Assembly: GCF_018977255.1 (NCBI RefSeq)
Contig: NW_024704743.1
Location: 77,130,001 to 77,194,000 of the forward strand
Source: Callorhinchus milii
Taxonomy: Eukaryota
Reading direction: 5' to 3'
DNA: 64,000 nucleotides
Shown here piece after piece: positions 1-12,764 of this stretch. Both the position numbers and the translations under genes were made by a program. The notes beneath the pieces are model-generated. The model saw nothing but the letters and a program-made list of their open reading frames with translations. It was not told the origin of the DNA and ran no database searches. Numbering within the stretch: the stretch's first letter is position 1; every line of letters starts with the position of its first letter.

Positions 1-212
1 CAGCTGCTATGCCCCGAGGCTCTGGAATTCCCTTCCTCACTCCCTTCACCTCGTCCCCTCTCTTCCTATTTTCAGGTCTCTGCTGAAGACCTTTCTCTTC
101 GACCGCGCCTTTGGTCACCTTCCTCCCCCTCCCCCTGGCTCGTTACTGTAAAGCGCTCTGAGATGCCGTCCGGTGTGGAGGTCGCTACATAAATCCAAGT
201 TGTTGTTGTGTT
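1..212 (+). mobile_element. L2-clade LINE 3' fragment
   Basis: Translates to APRLWNSLP...LKTFLFDRAF (L2 ORF2 C-terminus), followed by a 3' tail ending in (TTG)n. Confidence 0.8.
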
Positions 213-267
213 GGTTACTCGAATCCTAGTTTCCCTCTATTTTAAAGCAGCTTTCCCTGCCACCGTT

Positions 268-362
268 TAGTTTGATGAAAGTTCATATCAGACATTAAAC
301 AGTCGTTTCTCTTTCAAATGCTCATCGGCCTGCTTTGCATTTGTAGCATTTTCTATTTTAAA
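268..362 (+). mobile_element. Degenerate copy of the short Penelope-type repeat
   Basis: Aligns by eye to the elements at 28664-28796 and 39180-39383 (TTGATGAAAG...CCTGCT...AGCATTTTCTATTTT). Confidence 0.45.
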
Positions 363-982
363 ATGTGAACACATCTGATTAAATGCCAGTCCTCTTACAC
401 ACAAACACACTATGTTGTAAACGTGAGCACAGGGAAAGCAACATCAGCTCGAATACTCCAGGGTATATAAAAACCTATGAATTTCCTATATTGTAAGAGA
501 GAATGAGATAGCATGTTCACTGAACGGGGACATTTAAGTAAACAATAATTAGAGGGCTTTTTGTCACAATTGTTAGCTTGGTTGATGTTTGGTTCAATGG
601 ATCGAAGCTACCATGCTAAGGCTCATTGTTTTAGTCTCCTTTGGAAGCCCTGTGTAAGGGTTGTGCAGATTTGCTTTCTGAAATGTTGTCGATGAAACCT
701 CCCAAGGAAGGAAACAAAAGAAACAATAAGTACATAATCAGAAGGAACAAAACTCTGAAAATCTGAAACAAACATCACAAAACTTCGAAAATAGTAATAA
801 CAGGTCAATTGCAATCGGAAAGAAAAAAAAGTTAACGTTTGTGAAATATTGAACCAGATTTCTCTCCATGAGAGTAACTTTAACCTACTGCGTATTGATA
901 GCATTTTTTCTGTGTTTTTTTAAAAAATTATAACGTATACTTATTTGGCTACGAGTGTAACTATGATGAATGACTTTTGCAG

Positions 983-1141
983 ATAATATTAAACTCGATG
1001 CATAAATACCAGCCCCGGGTGCACATTATTAAAAAGAAGGATCACACAGCCTCTCTGGTTAATCTGAAGTCAGAGGAATTCCGCACCTTTATCTTCACAG
1101 AGACAGTGTTCACGGCAGTCACCGCCTATCAGAACCAACTG
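983..1141 (+). CDS. TBX20: TBX20 internal coding exon (T-box domain; equivalent to human exon 5)
   Basis: ttttgcAG|ATA...CTG|GTgagt, 159 nt, phase 0-0. Encodes IILNSMHKYQPRVHIIKKKDHTASLVNLKSEEFRTFIFTETVFTAVTAYQNQL, a T-box segment with the TBX20-type KKKDHTAS stretch. Confidence 0.97.
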
Positions 1142-1708
1142 GTGAGTCTCACATCTGAGTATTTATTTTAACTAATGTCCTATCAGCTCGAAGGCGATTT
1201 GCAACTGAGTTTTTCAACAATCACTCCAGCACCTGGGAATAGTGTTCCAGAGTATAATCGGGAGCTCAGAACATTTCACCAAATCACTAAATGCCAAGTC
1301 CGCTTTGAAACCATTTATTCTTCCTCAAATACGTTCTTAACAAAAATGAGTTAGCACATGGACAAGAAACTGACTTGCTGCGTTTTTGGCAGCTTTCACA
1401 AAATCATTCAACAAATCTCAACTCTCATGATTTGCTACATCTGTAAATATGTAGACGTGGGTACATGCAGCAGTCGGTATGAGTTTGCCTATAAAAAATA
1501 CTCAGTCACTACACTTTGCACCAAGGCAGTGAAAGTGAAGCGCTTTGAGATGTCCTCCGGACCATAAAGACGCTACGTCAAATGTAAGGAATATTATTCT
1601 ATCTTGAACTTTCCAAATGTCATCAAAGCGAGAAAATTCACTGTTAAAAATGACTTCCAAACAGGTAAATTAATATTTTAAAACTTAAGTCAGTTTGCAC
1701 TCACTCAC

Positions 1709-1710
1709 TC

Positions 1711-1745
<35 letters not shown>
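1709..1745 (+). repeat. (CA)n microsatellite
   Basis: Direct reading. Confidence 0.9.
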
Positions 1746-2327
1746 AGTATATAATACACACACAGCACATGTGTAAAAATGGGCCATAATATACTCGAAA
1801 ATGATTCGTTTCTAGACAAATCGTATTTAAATTGGTATAAAGTGAGAACACCGCAATCAAACGAGGTTCGATGTGCAGAGCAGAACAGCAGCAGAGCAGA
1901 TTAGATAAAGTACAACTCAACATGATCTTGTACCCCTCCGACCACCCCCCACCCCCCCAACCCCACAATTTCACAGCACCTAAAATATTTTCCCTGTCGC
2001 TCGAGTCGCGGGTTGTTTCCCGTACAGCATTCTCTCGCCAAACTGTGCAGAGTAAAGGGAGGTGAGTGCAGGAGAAAATTACAGAACGACTGAAATAAAA
2101 TGCTGAAACAAACACCTTCTCTGTCCTCTCTGAGCTCTGCACATCCGGAATACGTGGCAGTGGCGTTAGCTTGTCTGACTTATAAGGTCACACAGTTTCA
2201 GTTTAGATATTCAAGCGTATATTAGCTATTATTTTTTTGTCTTTGATATAGGATTATTGTAAATTGTGTTCATTCACTTTTATCCACTATTTTCCCTGCA
2301 ATGTGTGGGTTGTGTTTCTCTCTTCAG

Positions 2328-2404
2328 ATTACCAAACTGAAAATCGACAGCAATCCTTTCGCTAAAGGATTCCGGGATTCTTCAAGACTGACTGATATAG
2401 AGAG
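2328..2404 (+). CDS. TBX20: TBX20 coding exon (end of T-box; equivalent to exon 6)
   Basis: tctcttcAG|ATT...GAG AG|GTactg, 77 nt. Encodes ITKLKIDSNPFAKGFRDSSRLTDIE(R), containing the canonical T-box end NPFAKGFR. In frame with the previous exon. Confidence 0.97.
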
Positions 2405-3376
2405 GTACTGCTTCCAGGAGTAAGGTTATTTATTTACTCTAAGATAAAGTACAACATGATCATTTTTTTTAATTTTTGAATAATCATTTCTTTCAACATA
2501 AACATGAATTAAATTCCCCCCCCGTTTGCAGTTCTGATGATCTCTGGTTAGACTTCTCTCTCTCACTCAGATACTCTGATCGCTTGGGAGGATGGTACAG
2601 ACTGTAACAGTTTAGCTCCATATTAACAGGCTCTGGTAAATCAGCAGGTCTTGTTGATATGTTTACATTCAGGAGAGTTACCCCATTGACCAGCCGACAG
2701 CCTAGTCAAACCTCAGCCGTGTAACAAAAAATAATAGCTAATATTAACATAGAAAATAAATTACACGCTGCGAGATTTCTTTAATTTTAAAAACTAGCTA
2801 ATGAACAAACAATCTGGGAGAAACTCAAAGCCTTTCAAGACTCAAAGTGTCTTGGAAGTCAGTACAGCCGTGAGTGTTAAAGCGGACACTGTACAACTAG
2901 AGAAATGCCAGTAAAGAAACTGTGGGGAAAATGCAGTGCTCTCTGAGGCAGTGGGTGTTTCTATGTGATACAGATCATCAGTAAAACGTAAAACTAATTG
3001 CTTCTGCGATAAACGCCCTTGTGAAGAAGGAATGTCTTAAATCTTCGCTAACTCTTCCCTGTGATCAATGTTCTGCAATGTCATCACTTGCAGGGGTAAA
3101 GGACTGTAACGTGTCTGTTTTTAATGTTTTGCCTTTTTCCTGGGGGGATTCTTTGAACCAGTTTTGTTTTATTGGCATGCATGCACGCACAGGGTTGCTG
3201 AAGTACTTATTCGGTACAGACTTGCCGAAAAGGTACCCCCGGGTTGCCAAGGATGTTAGCGTTAGAGTTTATCTGTGGGATCCGCGTACTGTTCAGTGTC
3301 TTATTGAGGAAACGCGGCCCTGTGAGGGAAGCGGACATCTGCAATGTGAAGTACAGTATCCGATGTCAAAACGGAT

Positions 3377-3414
3377 CTAAAGCACATACTAAAGCACATA
3401 CTAAAGCACATACT
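3377..3414 (+). repeat. 12-bp tandem repeat (CTAAAGCACATA) x3
   Basis: Three exact copies. Confidence 0.9.
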
Positions 3415-5579
3415 GCACCCGACTCCGCTAAAAGCCGAGTCTCCTGCTGCTAACACCGAGGTTACGGCGGGGCCGGTTTTGCTAATGTCTTTATTTAAAA
3501 AAAAGTGTTTGACAAAAAAGGGATTCACCGCAACTGTGGCAAGTCAGCGATTGCATAAACCTCTCAACCACTCCTGGATGGTTTCCAGAAATCCAATTAA
3601 GCTGTATTTGTGAGGAATTCACAGTTATGTATTTTATATATAAATAGTTATATATTTTCTCATATATATATATATATAGAGAGAGAGGTAGAGAATGACA
3701 TTTACGATTCCCTTTTGGCTTCTGATAACCTTACCTCATTACATGTAGGAGGAGATGGGACCCAAAAACCAGCATCAGCTAAAACTGTATTTGGCCAAAT
3801 GCCGCTAGATCGGGTATTTGCAATGTTTAGGCGGAGAAGTAGAAATGTCTGCAGCTTTGCAACCGCTCCGCCCGCCCGTCAGTGTTTAAAAGTCCCATTT
3901 GTCTAAACACTCTTCAGGGAGAGAATTGGATCTGATCAATTGCTCTTCAGAGACGGCAGAAATGTGATTAGTCTGCAGTCAGCTCCAAACGGCCCAATAA
4001 TTCGATCCTTCCTTGTAACTGATTGAAAGCTGCAGCAAACAGCCCATTCATTCCCTGCCCAGACCTTCAGATAAAACATGTTTAAATTATAAATTGACAG
4101 CTACTCTATTCCCCCTCCCAACCCCCCCCCCCAGCGAGGCAAATAGCAGAAAGCACAAGCAAATGGTCAGATGAAGAGCCGTCCATAGACCTGTTTACGG
4201 CTAATGCGGACTGTCGCACTTATTTATGGCTTTGAAACGAGCAAAAAATGCATCAGTTGTGATCTGGAATGGCACAGCTCGGTTTGCAGATCTCCAAAGC
4301 GCCGAAGCCAATTTAGTCCATGTGCGGGAGGGATATCAGCGTTTACTGTCAACTGTTACTGACTTCTAATCATGAAAAAAAAGCAAACGACAAACCCAGT
4401 CACAGCACATGTAAGTGAGGCATCCGATGTGGGAAACGCAACGAAGTTAAAGGTGAACGTTTAAATTGCGCGTTAAGTGTTAAGATTTTATGAACCATTA
4501 GCATCTTGTGATCATCTGACCTCCACCTGTCTGTGTGTGTGTGGGGTGGGGGGGGGGGGGGCAGGAAGAAGGGGGGCACATGAGGTTTCTGTCACACAGT
4601 GTAATCGAAATAATAATGCTAAACAGAGTGTGTGCACTGGTGTGTGTTAAACTTGTTGCGATTTTGTGTTAAATTGATTGGTGAGTCCTCTGTTTAACAT
4701 AACCTAACATTCCTCTGCTCTGCTACTGATTCTGATTCTAACCAGTGAACCATCTCCCTGCAATGAACAAGAAATAACCCACAGTGTTTTAAACCGATTT
4801 TGACGGAGGATACTGTATTATTAATTAACGTACGCAAAAGTCATATTTATATAGAGATGTAACAGAATTGTCTTAAACTATTGCAGTGTTATATACTATA
4901 TAGTACGTTGTGCTTATCTATCGAGATACAGTGTGTACATGTATTCCTGTTCGACGATGCTCGGGCCACAGACACATATAAAATACTTTTAAACAACAGA
5001 TAGTTAAACAGATGTTGGGGGAGTATAACAACTGTACCAAACACAAACCATTTCATAGTGAAGTGGTTCAAATCATTTTGCTCCCAAAGAGCTGTCAATT
5101 ATAGAGAATACGGTGAAGTCACCTAGTTACCAACAAGCTTAATTAAAGTGAAGCCAGAATGGGTTTTAAAATTAACTTCCAGTGGGTTTTCTCAGCAAAG
5201 CTGTTAAACAATTTGATTAGGGGAAAGGCAGGGTGAAGTTTCTGCTTGTGAATGATACATTGGCTGCAATTCAGTGCACTGGTTCAGTGGTATGGCCCCA
5301 GAATAGATTTGTAACAGAAATGCACACAAGAAAAGAGAGAGACTTGCTAAAATAACAGCAATATCCTTGTACAGTATATGGGACATAGTAATTAACAGGG
5401 AATGGCCTAGCAGCACTGTGCTTCACTGTTTGAAATGAATTCCCTTTCTTTGTATTTATTAAACTATTATTTTTAGTAATTACATAGCTAATTGATGTGA
5501 ATATAATTTATAATACATTTAGGAGACTCCATACTGTTGATTCTTTGTGTACGATAGTGACAGTGTTAAGACTACTAGT

Positions 5580-5790
5580 GGCATAGTCGTGCAGTGTCGT
5601 GCATGTCCATCAAGTCCACACCAGCTCTCAGAGCAAGTCCATTGAAACCCAATGCCCTATCCTTATATCCCTTCAAGCCTTTATCTTTCATGCGCCTGTC
5701 TACTTCCGTCTTGAAACCCACAATGAACAATGGATTCTGTCTCTGCCACTTTACTTGGCAGGACATTCCACAACCCAACGGCTCTCTGTG
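5580..5790 (-). mobile_element. CR1-type LINE 3' fragment
   Basis: Minus strand reads FKTEVDRRMKDKGLKGY, a CR1 ORF2 end, and resembles the other CR1 3' ends in the window. Confidence 0.6.
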
Positions 5791-6088
5791 AAAAATATTC
5801 AGCAGACTCCCAATACATGTATCTGTTTATCTATACTAATAGACAAAATGGCTGTCTGTCTGCCAAGAATGCAATCACTGATTGACGTAGAGACATGATT
5901 TATACCTCATCAGAAAGGTCTTGCATAGGGGAGCATCATGGGCATATTTTACTTTGGGGATCTCCTATCATTGATAAGCTATATTAAAAATATATATTAA
6001 AATCGCTTTAATTAAGTCCCCCAAAAAGTATGCATCGTATTCTGCAAAAAGTAGAGAAAGAGATCACACACTCTTCTAGAGAGATACA

Positions 6089-6389
6089 TCTATACTATTA
6101 AAGACAAAATGTCTGTCTGTGGGTAGGAGTTCTCCTAACCAGGAGTCCTCCCAAACAGAAGTCCTCCCATAGTAGTCCTCCCACTGAGTCCTTCCAAAAG
6201 GATATGTGTGGAAATATGTGAACAAGGAATGCCAACAAGTTAAATAGCACATTTTCTTAATCTTAAGGGATAAGGTTGCCTAAGAAGTAAGGATCAAGCC
6301 TTTCAAGAAAAAATAAAAATGGCAGACGAAAGAGCGAAGGCCGATTAAATGAAATTGGTTGCAAGCATAGCTGCAATGGGTACAGCTAG
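6089..6389 (+). mobile_element. Probable non-autonomous Helitron
   Basis: Starts A|TCTATACTATTAAA and ends CTAG|T (insertion between A and T, no TSD). Subterminal hairpin GTTGCAAGC-ATA-GCTGCAAT at about 6358-6377. Internal AGTCCTCCC repeats. Confidence 0.6.
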
Positions 6390-6812
6390 TATATATATAT
6401 AATGTCAAATGTAAGGATTATTATCAATACAATAATTATGCATTAAGAATATTTACTTAATAATTAACATGCATATATGAGGGGTCAGAGGTCAAGTGAC
6501 TTTCTCCTTCCATTAGAATCAGTCTTTTGTCAAAATAGTCAAAATAAACACATTTCATTCATTAGGTCTGCAATGTCCTTCAAAGTTAAATGTAATAAAT
6601 TTAACAGCATTTTAAATTTTGCTACTGTTTTAGTGTAGAATTATCACTTAGGTGGGGTACATAGAAGGTACTAATGCCTATGGACCGATAGAGATGAGGA
6701 AATGAGAAAAAAAGGAAAAAAGTGATGTGCTGCTAAACATGTTTATCTTGTATCTGCTTAAACCAAGTATGTGATAGACATTAAACACTAATACTAATTC
6801 TCCTTACTGCAG

Positions 6813-6925
6813 GGAAAGTGTTGAGAACCTAATCCAAAAGCACACCTATGCACGATCACCAATACGGACTTATGGAGGAGAGGATGATGGATTGGGAGAT
6901 GAGAACCAAGCAGCGCAGACCAGAG
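6813..6925 (+). CDS. TBX20: TBX20 coding exon (equivalent to exon 7)
   Basis: ttactgcAG|G GAA...AGA G|GTaag, 113 nt. Encodes ESVENLIQKHTYARSPIRTYGGEDDGLGDENQAAQTR; phases 2-1 fit both neighbours. Confidence 0.96.
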
Positions 6926-7539
6926 GTAAGATGCAGTGCAGGGAGCAGAAAAACGTTTTGACTTAAAGGCTATAATTATACCTGCATATTGTTGTTTTCA
7001 GTACAGTACTAATTTCCTTTGCTTATTCCTATAACACTGAATGAGAAAAACTGTTCCCAGCATTTGCATCTAATGGAGTTTTATCATTCAGTGCTCATCA
7101 AAATTTAGTGTTTGTTTTGCTAGGCCTTTATAATCTGCTTTTCTGCTATGAAGCGGTGGCGAAAAGCCATTAGCCTTAGTGGTCAGAGTAGGATTTGAGC
7201 TCCAGGCTCAACATCAAGCACTTTCAGGTCAGGTACAGCATCATGTTAGATACATAATAAAACTCCTCTCTGTTCCAACAATGTACCTTAATGCCAATCC
7301 CTGAAGAGCAACTCCACAAAACAAATGGGGCATTTCCAGTTCCACACCATTAGTCTCTCTGAGTGTAAGTGGCAATTAATAATGATAATCCTTACATTTG
7401 ATACAACTCCTTTCAGGTCAACAAACTTTGCTCAGAATTTATCACTAGTAGGAACTGAGTGGGTTGACATAGCCCAAAACTTTTTTCATGTGGACCTATC
7501 CACAAAAGGATAATTTTGTCTCACCAATTCATGACCCAA

Positions 7540-7612
7540 CTGTGCAGCGCCTTGGGACGTCCTCCTGATGTGAAAGGCGCTTTATAAATGGAATCTTGTT
7601 GTTGTTGTTGTT
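7540..7612 (+). mobile_element. Isolated L2 3' tail
   Basis: GCGCCTTGGGACGTCCTCCTGATGTGAAAGGCGC hairpin followed by (TTG)n. Confidence 0.75.
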
Positions 7613-7799
7613 ATGTTAGTTTTAAACACAGCTCCAGAGTTACCCGTATAGACCCACAGTCCTTCAGTATGATGCAGTATGAAATATACAGCATACAAAA
7701 TTTGATCTAACAGAACAGGAGTGACCCACTAATTAAACACACTTATTTACCACCAAAAAAAAACAATGAATAAAATATGTCTATGTTTGCCCCTCATTG

Positions 7800-8170
7800 T
7801 CTAAATTCTACCCTCCTTTCCGGACTCCTGCTGGGCACAATTCCATGGGCACTGGCCACACTTTGGGAGCTCACCCAAATGACCATGCTTCATTGGGTGA
7901 ACCTGGGGACAGTGAATGTTGATACAAGCAAACATTAGGGATATCAGAGACAAAACTATTCCTATTCTCAGCCAACATCTGCACACATAAAGTTTCCAGG
8001 ATGCACCACTGAATAGTGATTAGGAGTGGGCATGTGACTGATTTCCCTCCCCAGCCCAGCCCAGTCTGGGTAAAACACCCAATTAACTCAGCAAAGACCA
8101 ATGATAAAACCTGGGATCTTCTCAGTTTGTCATGGTTTGATTGCACCATGGGCAGTCAGTCATCAGGAAA
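7800..8170 (-). mobile_element. Ancient SINE, AmnSINE2-like
   Basis: Degenerate, related by eye to 12765-13100 (+) and 53660-53765 (-). Family name is from recalled consensus, not a search. Confidence 0.45.
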
Positions 8171-9834
8171 ATTTTTTTTTAGTATTTGAAAACAGGAATA
8201 TAATGCTCAAGTCACCACACTCTCCCAAGCATAGTAAAGGACAATTGTATTCATCAGCAATTCATCAGAAGTGCCTCCATTTTATAAATCTAGAGAGAGT
8301 TTTTCCAAATGTGTAGAAAAGCTCTTTGTAATAATCCTATACATTATCATATTACCAACTATTCATTCATCCATGAGAGTTTACTAACTAAAAGTTTTAG
8401 GTTACAAAGTGTTCTTTAAAAAAACCCAATAAGGCCCTAAAACATTAATAGTACAATTTTCTGTATCTTGAAATATCTATGATTCAGTTTGTTACATTAG
8501 TGTGCAATATAAATGTTATAATTTCTGATATGCTGACTTTACGATTGGCTAAGAGTTCAGTAAGTCACTTAGTACAAATTGTTGTTGATTTGCGCAGATC
8601 CAGGGACACTTTAAATTGTTCATCAGAAATGAGTGAACTGCTATCAGCATCCTGACAGAATACATTGGCCACTTTATTTAAGAATACCGTATATGAACAT
8701 GAAAGAGACACATAGGGAGAAGACACCTTTGAACCCATGAAAGCTCATTCCTTTATTACGTTATCTTTCCTGATATGAAGCTTTGACCTGAATATCGATA
8801 ATATTTTGTCTCGAATGCCCTTGCTTGGTAGAATTTTCTACATATTTATTCGTTTTCCAGCAAAAACAATTCTTTCTAATACCTGCTTTAAAACTGTTCT
8901 TTTCTGATTTAAATATATGTTATCTTTCACCTGCAAAATACAGCCCACAAAACTTTATAGAGTATCCTGTAAAGGCATTTGAGACATTGTCAATGTGAAA
9001 GGTGCTAAATTAATTTTTAAAAATGTACTTTGTCCTACTTTCTTAGACTAACCTGAAATAATATTCTAGCTGTGACCTATCTATGTACTCTATATTTTAC
9101 ATATCACAACCGTCTTTTTTCTAGTTTGTAAAAGTAAGGTTCTCATCTTAATTTGTGCAGTTTAGAGAGAAGGTGATTGAGAAGGGATCTTATTGAGGGA
9201 TACTAAAATAATATTAATGGTCAAAGACAAGATTGTCTTTTTTGTATTGTAACCCTTTTAAACCAGTTATCAGTTTTGATGCTCTTATCTGCACCTTTTC
9301 GAAAGCTTGTGGATCGTTTTGCGGTAACTTGAATTGATCACAGCTTTGCTTTGAAAAGTGTGAGATAATACATGCAAAGATAGTACATATTTGCTCTTTA
9401 CTGACATCATTCAATAAACAACAGTTTTACTTTAAACTAGTTGCAATTATTAGTGGCACTTGTTGAAGTTTCATTTCTTAAATATTTTTGTAAAAGGCAG
9501 AAAAACTAAAATAAACTATAGAAAACTGCAAAACTGAATAAATGAATGGTTACTACTAATGAATAAATAGTGGCCATGGTATTTCACATTAATAAAACAA
9601 TAATTATTTCACATAAATCTATGGTAATGATTTTGTAATTATGAATTCCACAAATTTAATCCACAGCTAAATGATCTTTTATAATTATTATTGTAGAAGC
9701 ACCACACTAAAATGGGTTAAGGTACTGGATGGATTCTTTGTATTAATTAAATATTCTAAAATAACCTTCTACATTGGCAGTGGTTCTGATCTCTTGTCTT
9801 GATTCTAAATGGTTTTGTTTTGTTTCTTTTACAG

Positions 9835-10175
9835 GGTCAGCATTTACAACTTCAGATAACTTATCCCTGAGCACCTGGTTAACATCCTCCTCCGGTTTCT
9901 CAGGTTTCCAGCACCCTCCGTCCCTTGCTGCAATTGCCACAAGCACGGCTTCACTAGCAACGCCCATTCCCCATCCCATGCAGGGTTCATTGCCTCCCTA
10001 CAGTCGGGTTGGAATGCCCCTGACACCATCTGCAATCGCAAGCTCCATGCAAGGAAGTGGACCCACATTCCCCACATTTCACATGCCCAGATATCATCAC
10101 TATTTCCAGCAAGGGCCGTATGCTGCTATCCAAGGACTGCGACACTCCTCAGCTGTTATGACGCACTTTGTTTGA
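9835..10175 (+). CDS. TBX20: TBX20 last coding exon (C-terminal regulatory region, stop codon)
   Basis: ttttacAG|GG TCA..., 341 nt to TGA. Encodes SAFTTSDNLSLSTWLTSSSGFSGFQHPPSL...FHMPRYHHYFQQGPYAAIQGLRHSSAVMTHFV*, the recognisable TBX20 C-terminus. Confidence 0.97.
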
Positions 10176-10528
10176 TTCGTTAAATAGTGGCTCATTTCAC
10201 ACAAGGGAATGTGGCATTTAGGAGTGATGGACTGAGCTCTTAGACATGCCTATGGTAGAGCAATTCAAAGGCACAGACTGAGCTATCACTCCCACAGATA
10301 CATTGTCACACTGCTACAAATTTCAGAATGCATTGATACAACTGAACTACCACTCCTAGAATGCATTGCCACCAATTGAACAACAGCTGCTACAATGCAT
10401 TATTGTAAAACAACTGCAAACTTTCGAGATGCAGTTTCTCCTTCAACCCCTTCTTCTAACAGAACCTGTCACTGGAATGAATTGCGAACACTACACTGGA
10501 TTGTGAGAGCCAAATCGGGTTGCTTTAG

Positions 10529-10915
10529 GTGGCAGTCTGCTCAATCGGTAGCACATTCACCTCTGGGTCACAAGGTTGTGAATTCAAGCCCCCATATCAG
10601 GGCTTGGACTCATGGTCTAGCTTGACACTCTACTCCATACTGGGGGAGCACTGTATTGCTGAAGGTGCAGCTCTTGAGATGAGATGTTAATCCTAGTCTG
10701 CCTATTCAAGTGGACATTAAAGATCCTACAACACTATTGAAATAAAGAAGTGTCACCTGGCCAATGATACTCCAACTGGAATTGTGACCTGGCTATTATG
10801 GGACCCTACTGTGCAGAAAAATGGTTGCCATTTTTGCCTACAAAAAGAGTTACTACCTGCAATAATTATTGTGAAATGCTTTTGAGATGGTTCAATGCTA
10901 TGAAAATGTAATTTC
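10529..10915 (+). mobile_element. Deu-domain tRNA-derived SINE (SacSINE1-like) in the TBX20 3' region
   Basis: tRNA-like head (GCTCAATCGGTAGCAC...AATTCAAGCCC), Deu-type core (GAAGGTGC...GATGAGATGTTAA...AAAGATCC), L2-like tail. Confidence 0.7.
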
Positions 10916-11524
10916 TGATTTGCCACATGACAATATACCATACCACCATAGTTCTTATACTACATTCCTAGAATAGAATGCATTATGATGGTGAAACACA
11001 AATGTCTAAGGTTTGTGCTGTAATGCACTGCGCAGAATAACGTAAAGACAGCCCTCTTACCTTTAGTTGCCAGGTCAGGTAGATGAAATAAAGGGGGAGG
11101 AGAGGGGGAAACTGAAGAATGTGTATTAAAAAAAGTCATTATGGGAGACAGCCTGGATATACAGTGGGAGATGCAGTTGAAGATGAAAAGGTGTTGTGGA
11201 GTTTCTAGATGAGGAGAGATTGAATGGGCTTCGAATAACAATGGGGAACAGGAAATATGTTGCTGTTCATGCTGCAGGCAGCAATATTGTAAATAAACAC
11301 ATGCTGAATATATGGCTTAACCGTTGATAGTAGACTGGAGAAGGGAAAAGCTGCAGAGCATCACAGGTTACAGCCTCTGCCAACTCTGTAAGTGGTGTGG
11401 CAACTTATTCTCCAGAGACTGTAAGTTCATTAGTTGCCAATTTTTGTTGGTTGAAAAAATCAATAAAATCTCTTTGGGAATAATTATGCAATCTCATTTA
11501 ATTTAAGTTGTGACTTTTGTCTCA

Positions 11525-11952
11525 TCTAATAGCACTCTTGCCTTTAGGTCATTCTTGTCTGTGGGTCAGTTAGTTGTGGGTTCAAGTCCCACATCAGGAC
11601 TTGAATTTAGGGCTCCAGAGCATTACTGGGGGGAATGCTGCATTGTCAGATTTGCCATCCTTCAGGTGAGACATGAAACTGAGATCCTGAATGATTTTTC
11701 TTCTGGATGAACATTAAAGATGCCATGGTACTATTGAAAAAGAGAAGGGAATTTCTCCCATTTGTTCTGACTAACAATCCTCCAAATAAATTGGTCACTC
11801 ACCTTATGACTGTTTGTGGGACTCTGCTGTGTGAAAAATGGCTGCCGCATTTGCTTATATAAAAAAAGTCACTATACATGACAGTAATTACTGTAAAGTA
11901 CTTTCAGAGGTTTTTAACATTATTGGCGCTATAAAAATGCAAGTTCTTTCTT
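11525..11952 (+). mobile_element. Deu-domain SINE (SacSINE1-like)
   Basis: B box GGGTTCAAGTCCC, Deu-type core, tail GGCGCTATAAAAATGCAAG. Confidence 0.7.
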
Positions 11953-12764
11953 TAAAGGCCCCTCAGCCAGTTGTGATGTGTGTAATAGTTACATAAGCAT
12001 CTCCTATTCAGCAAATGTGTGTGCGTGCCACTAGATACCCAATAGAATGTATCAAAGTTGCGCTGCAGCTTGCTGTGTTCATTGTTTAATGTTTATACCA
12101 TTTGTGAGCACGTTCACTCTGTTCATTTTTTAAAAAATACTGTGTTTTGCCTCATGTAGATTATATCAGAAGAAATTGTGGAAATACATCTATTAAGAAT
12201 TGTTTTCTAAAAGTGCAATATATTTATTTCTGCAGGAGTTGATATATCTATGTAATGTAATATTTGAAACATAAGATTAAAAATTGAATAATATTTGTAA
12301 ACAGCGACGGAAATGTCTGTATAATCACAAAATAAACGTATCATATATCGGGGACGGGATGCGGTGTGTTTCATAATACATTTGATGTGGATCAAATGCG
12401 TTATGAAATGTCACAAATTTCACTGATCAATGCAAAGGTGTTTGTGTCATTTTCTCTCAGAATATGCCACGTTTGCTTGTCAAGGTCTGAGTTTAACAGT
12501 GGATGTTATTTAGTCATGGATGTGGATTAATTATAGCTTTTTTTGTATGTTTTTGTTTGTCAGACATGTATTTTGATATATCACTGCTCTTTGTCCTTTG
12601 CAAAAACAAATGAAAATCTTGTCAGCTTCTAAAAGTCCAAGTTTTCCAGTCTTACTTTTATATGAATGTAAAGTATAGTCATAGGCACTCAGTTACGTTC
12701 ATCAACAAGGCACAAGAGTTCTCCATTTCTCAGGTGAAGTCTGACATTTCTCAAATGAAGCCTG

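Larger units (their letters stand above)
10176..12350 (+). other. Probable TBX20 3' UTR, candidate poly(A) signal AATAAA at 12331-12336
   Basis: Follows the stop codon. An AU-rich stretch (about 12200-12330) ends in AATAAA with GT-rich sequence downstream. Other AATAAA at 10741 and 11462, so the end is uncertain. Confidence 0.4.
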
